Position numbers and translations under genes: made by a program. Positions 61,508 to 64,000 of a DNA stretch of 64,000 bases are shown one piece after another. Under the pieces are notes generated by a model. That model was not told the DNA's origin. It searched no databases and was given only the letters and a program-made list of their open reading frames with translations. The stretch is from Eledone cirrhosa (Eukaryota), in contig OZ024746.1 of assembly GCA_964016885.1 (NCBI GenBank), forward strand, positions 84,878,001 through 84,942,000, written 5' to 3'. Every line of letters begins with the position of its first letter. Position 1 is the first letter of the stretch.

Positions 61508-61870
61508 GGCGTTGGGTTGGCAGTATCGCTAGAGGGTCGGACGCCATGCTTGGGCGGTTGATTGGCAGTATCGGTAGGGGGTCGGACGCCATGCTAGGGC
61601 GGTGGATTGGCAGTATCGGTAGAGGGTCGGACGCCATGCTTGGGCGGTGGATTGGCAGTATCGGTAGAGGGTCGGACGCCATGCTAGGGCAGTGGATTGG
61701 CAGTATCGGTAGGGGGTCGGACGCCATGCTTTGCAGCAAAGAGTTACGGCCCTTTGTGGTCTGAGTTCAAATCCCACTGAGGTTAAGTTTGCCTTTCATC
61801 CTTACGGGGTCGATAAAATAAAGCACCAGTAATACACTGGGATAATTGCTGGCTTTGTGCCAAAAGTAGA
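61508..61870 (+). mobile_element. SINE with five tandem 45-bp head repeats
   Basis: ttggcagtatcg at 61517, 61562, 61607, 61652 and 61697, followed by a single B-box and body. Confidence 0.9.
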
Positions 61871-61919
61871 CTCAATGTGTGTTCGGACGTTACGCTTTTT
61901 AAGAAACTCAACTACTATT

Positions 61920-61961
<42 letters not shown>

Positions 61962-62014
61962 CAATACCACCACCAACACCACAACCACCAACATAACCAA
62001 CACAACCTCCAATG

Positions 62015-62069
<55 letters not shown>

Positions 62070-62157
62070 CAATACCACCACCAATACTGCCACCAACACC
62101 ACCACCACAACCTCCAATGCCACTACCACCACCACCACCACCACCACCACCACCACC

Positions 62158-62191
<34 letters not shown>

Positions 62192-62464
62192 TTACTACTA
62201 CTACAACGCCTAGTCACGATAAATTTAAACATATCAGTTTTGACTTATCTATACTTGTATTTGTTCCCTTTTTTCTTCTTCACCATATCTGAACCCTTTG
62301 AAACTGATACTTTGAATCATAATTGAATAAAATAATTACTTTATTTGCATATGATCTAACAGTTGAAATTGAAATTATATATTTGAAATTGATTTAGATT
62401 ATATATACTGGATTTCATTAAATGTGAACCAGTACTTCAATTTAAATACAAAGCTCTCACATAT

Positions 62465-62645
62465 ATAATTGTTTCTACTATTGCACAAGGCCAGCAATTA
62501 CCCCAGTACATTACTGGTACTTTATTTTATCGACCCCGTAAGGATGAAAGGCAAAGTGAACCTCGGCGTGATTTGAACTCACACCATAAAGGGGCGTAAC
62601 TCTATGCTGCAAAGCATGGCGTCCGACCTTCTACTGATACTGCCA
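62465..62645 (-). mobile_element. tRNA-derived SINE with TSD atatataat
   Basis: Reverse complement of the SINE; atatataat at 62461-62469 and 62647-62655. Confidence 0.9.
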
Positions 62646-62719
62646 AATATATAATATCCATCCATTCACATTCCCTTAAATCCTCAGTAAGTTAAGGTAG
62701 TAGAATACACCCTTTAGCA

Positions 62720-63140
62720 ATATGAGAAATAAAAGTAGCAACACTACAATCCCCATGGAGAGTCAAAAACCTAGAGATGTAACGAGGATAACCAATTGTC
62801 GATTACACATACCAATACAGGTCCGAGCCGAGAGCATACAGCGCATCAACCACACATCCAGAAACCAACATAACTTGGAAGTAGACCCATGGAAAACACA
62901 CATAAACACAGTACCGACAACACCAGCACAACAAATTCCAAACCCAAACACCCGACTGCCTCTAGATCTAGATATTTCTTGCTGCAATAACCCCAATGTA
63001 GCTAGTCGCTATACGAGGTGCAAGGCAGCCTCAAGAGCATTTCTGCATTCTAAATTCAATTAACTAAGATTATTCATGCAATTATACAAACAATCTCTGT
63101 AGCAGAATAATCCCCAAAGATCACAGAACCCTTATACAAA
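62720..63140 (+). pseudogene. Possible old LINE C-terminal relic
   Basis: IPNPNTRLPLDLD...RYTRC loosely resembles the P.GFDL...R.RTG.GRC tail of some LINE ORF2s. Confidence 0.3.
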
Positions 63141-63450
63141 TTTCAAAAGAAACCTCGGGACCCATAACCATATTTTACGGTAAAATATTAGATGAAACAA
63201 AAATCGTTTGAGATATAAAAATCCCCACCTATATATATAATTACTTTACAAGGACTTTACTCATTTACTTGGGTTACAATTTGACGTACTGATCATGTGT
63301 TAATTAGTGCGATTTTACGCAAGAAACCAATGGTAAACCATCTATATTGTATATAGTGACTCTCGCGCTCTTCAACTGACATAGGGCTCTCTTAACTTAC
63401 ACCCACATATACACATGAACATAAATGCTTTCTCTATATCTCTCTATATA

Positions 63451-63567
<117 letters not shown>

Positions 63568-63725
63568 GTATATAGTGTAAACAAAGTGTCAATGACTTAA
63601 CATGTATGTATAACCATTGGTAACACACACAGGTTAAGTGTATGAAATTTGTTTACCCTAAATAACCTCTCTTTCAACAGATCTAACAGTTTTTCTTGAT
63701 CTTTCATCTACGGATTTCTACCAAC

Positions 63726-63788
<63 letters not shown>

Positions 63789-64000
63789 GTATATGTATAT
63801 GAAAAGTGTGGGGGGGGGTAGATATTTCACCATTGGAATAAGTACAACACGGTGTTTCAATAAAGAGGAATGTCACAATTTACAGTCAGTTTGGATCGAG
63901 AGACGGGGAGAATAAGAAAAGAAGGAACAGAGTTCAATAGTGAGGGTCACCTGCTTACCCCACTTTCTGATGGTACTTATCAACCAAGGACAGATTTTCA

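Overview
AT-rich eukaryotic genomic DNA saturated with microsatellites ((TA)n, (CA)n, (GA)n, (TACA)n, (TATC)n, CAC/GAT triplets). The tRNA-derived SINEs and the microsatellite load resemble an octopod cephalopod genome (inference from recalled repeat families). No host protein-coding exon can be supported, and almost all ORFs in the track are translations of simple repeats. Recognisable content: about 8 young copies of one tRNA-derived SINE (several with TSDs); 3' fragments of non-LTR retrotransposons (R4/Dong-like RLE elements in (TACA)n, a CRE-like RLE fragment, an RTE relic); Penelope-like relics; mariner-, piggyBac- and hAT-like MITEs; and three long minisatellites (32, 32 and 25 bp units). 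The most striking signal is a dense set of short non-coding elements, mostly embedded in (TA)n tracts and belonging to several unrelated sequence families. They carry type I hammerhead ribozyme motifs (CTGANGA...GAAA...UH with pairable stems, one family showing compensatory changes). They often form long fold-back palindromes whose turn lies in or next to the ribozyme, and they share a TGAGT(R)C-like motif near their 3' ends. These look like Penelope pLTR-derived or retrozyme-like non-autonomous elements.
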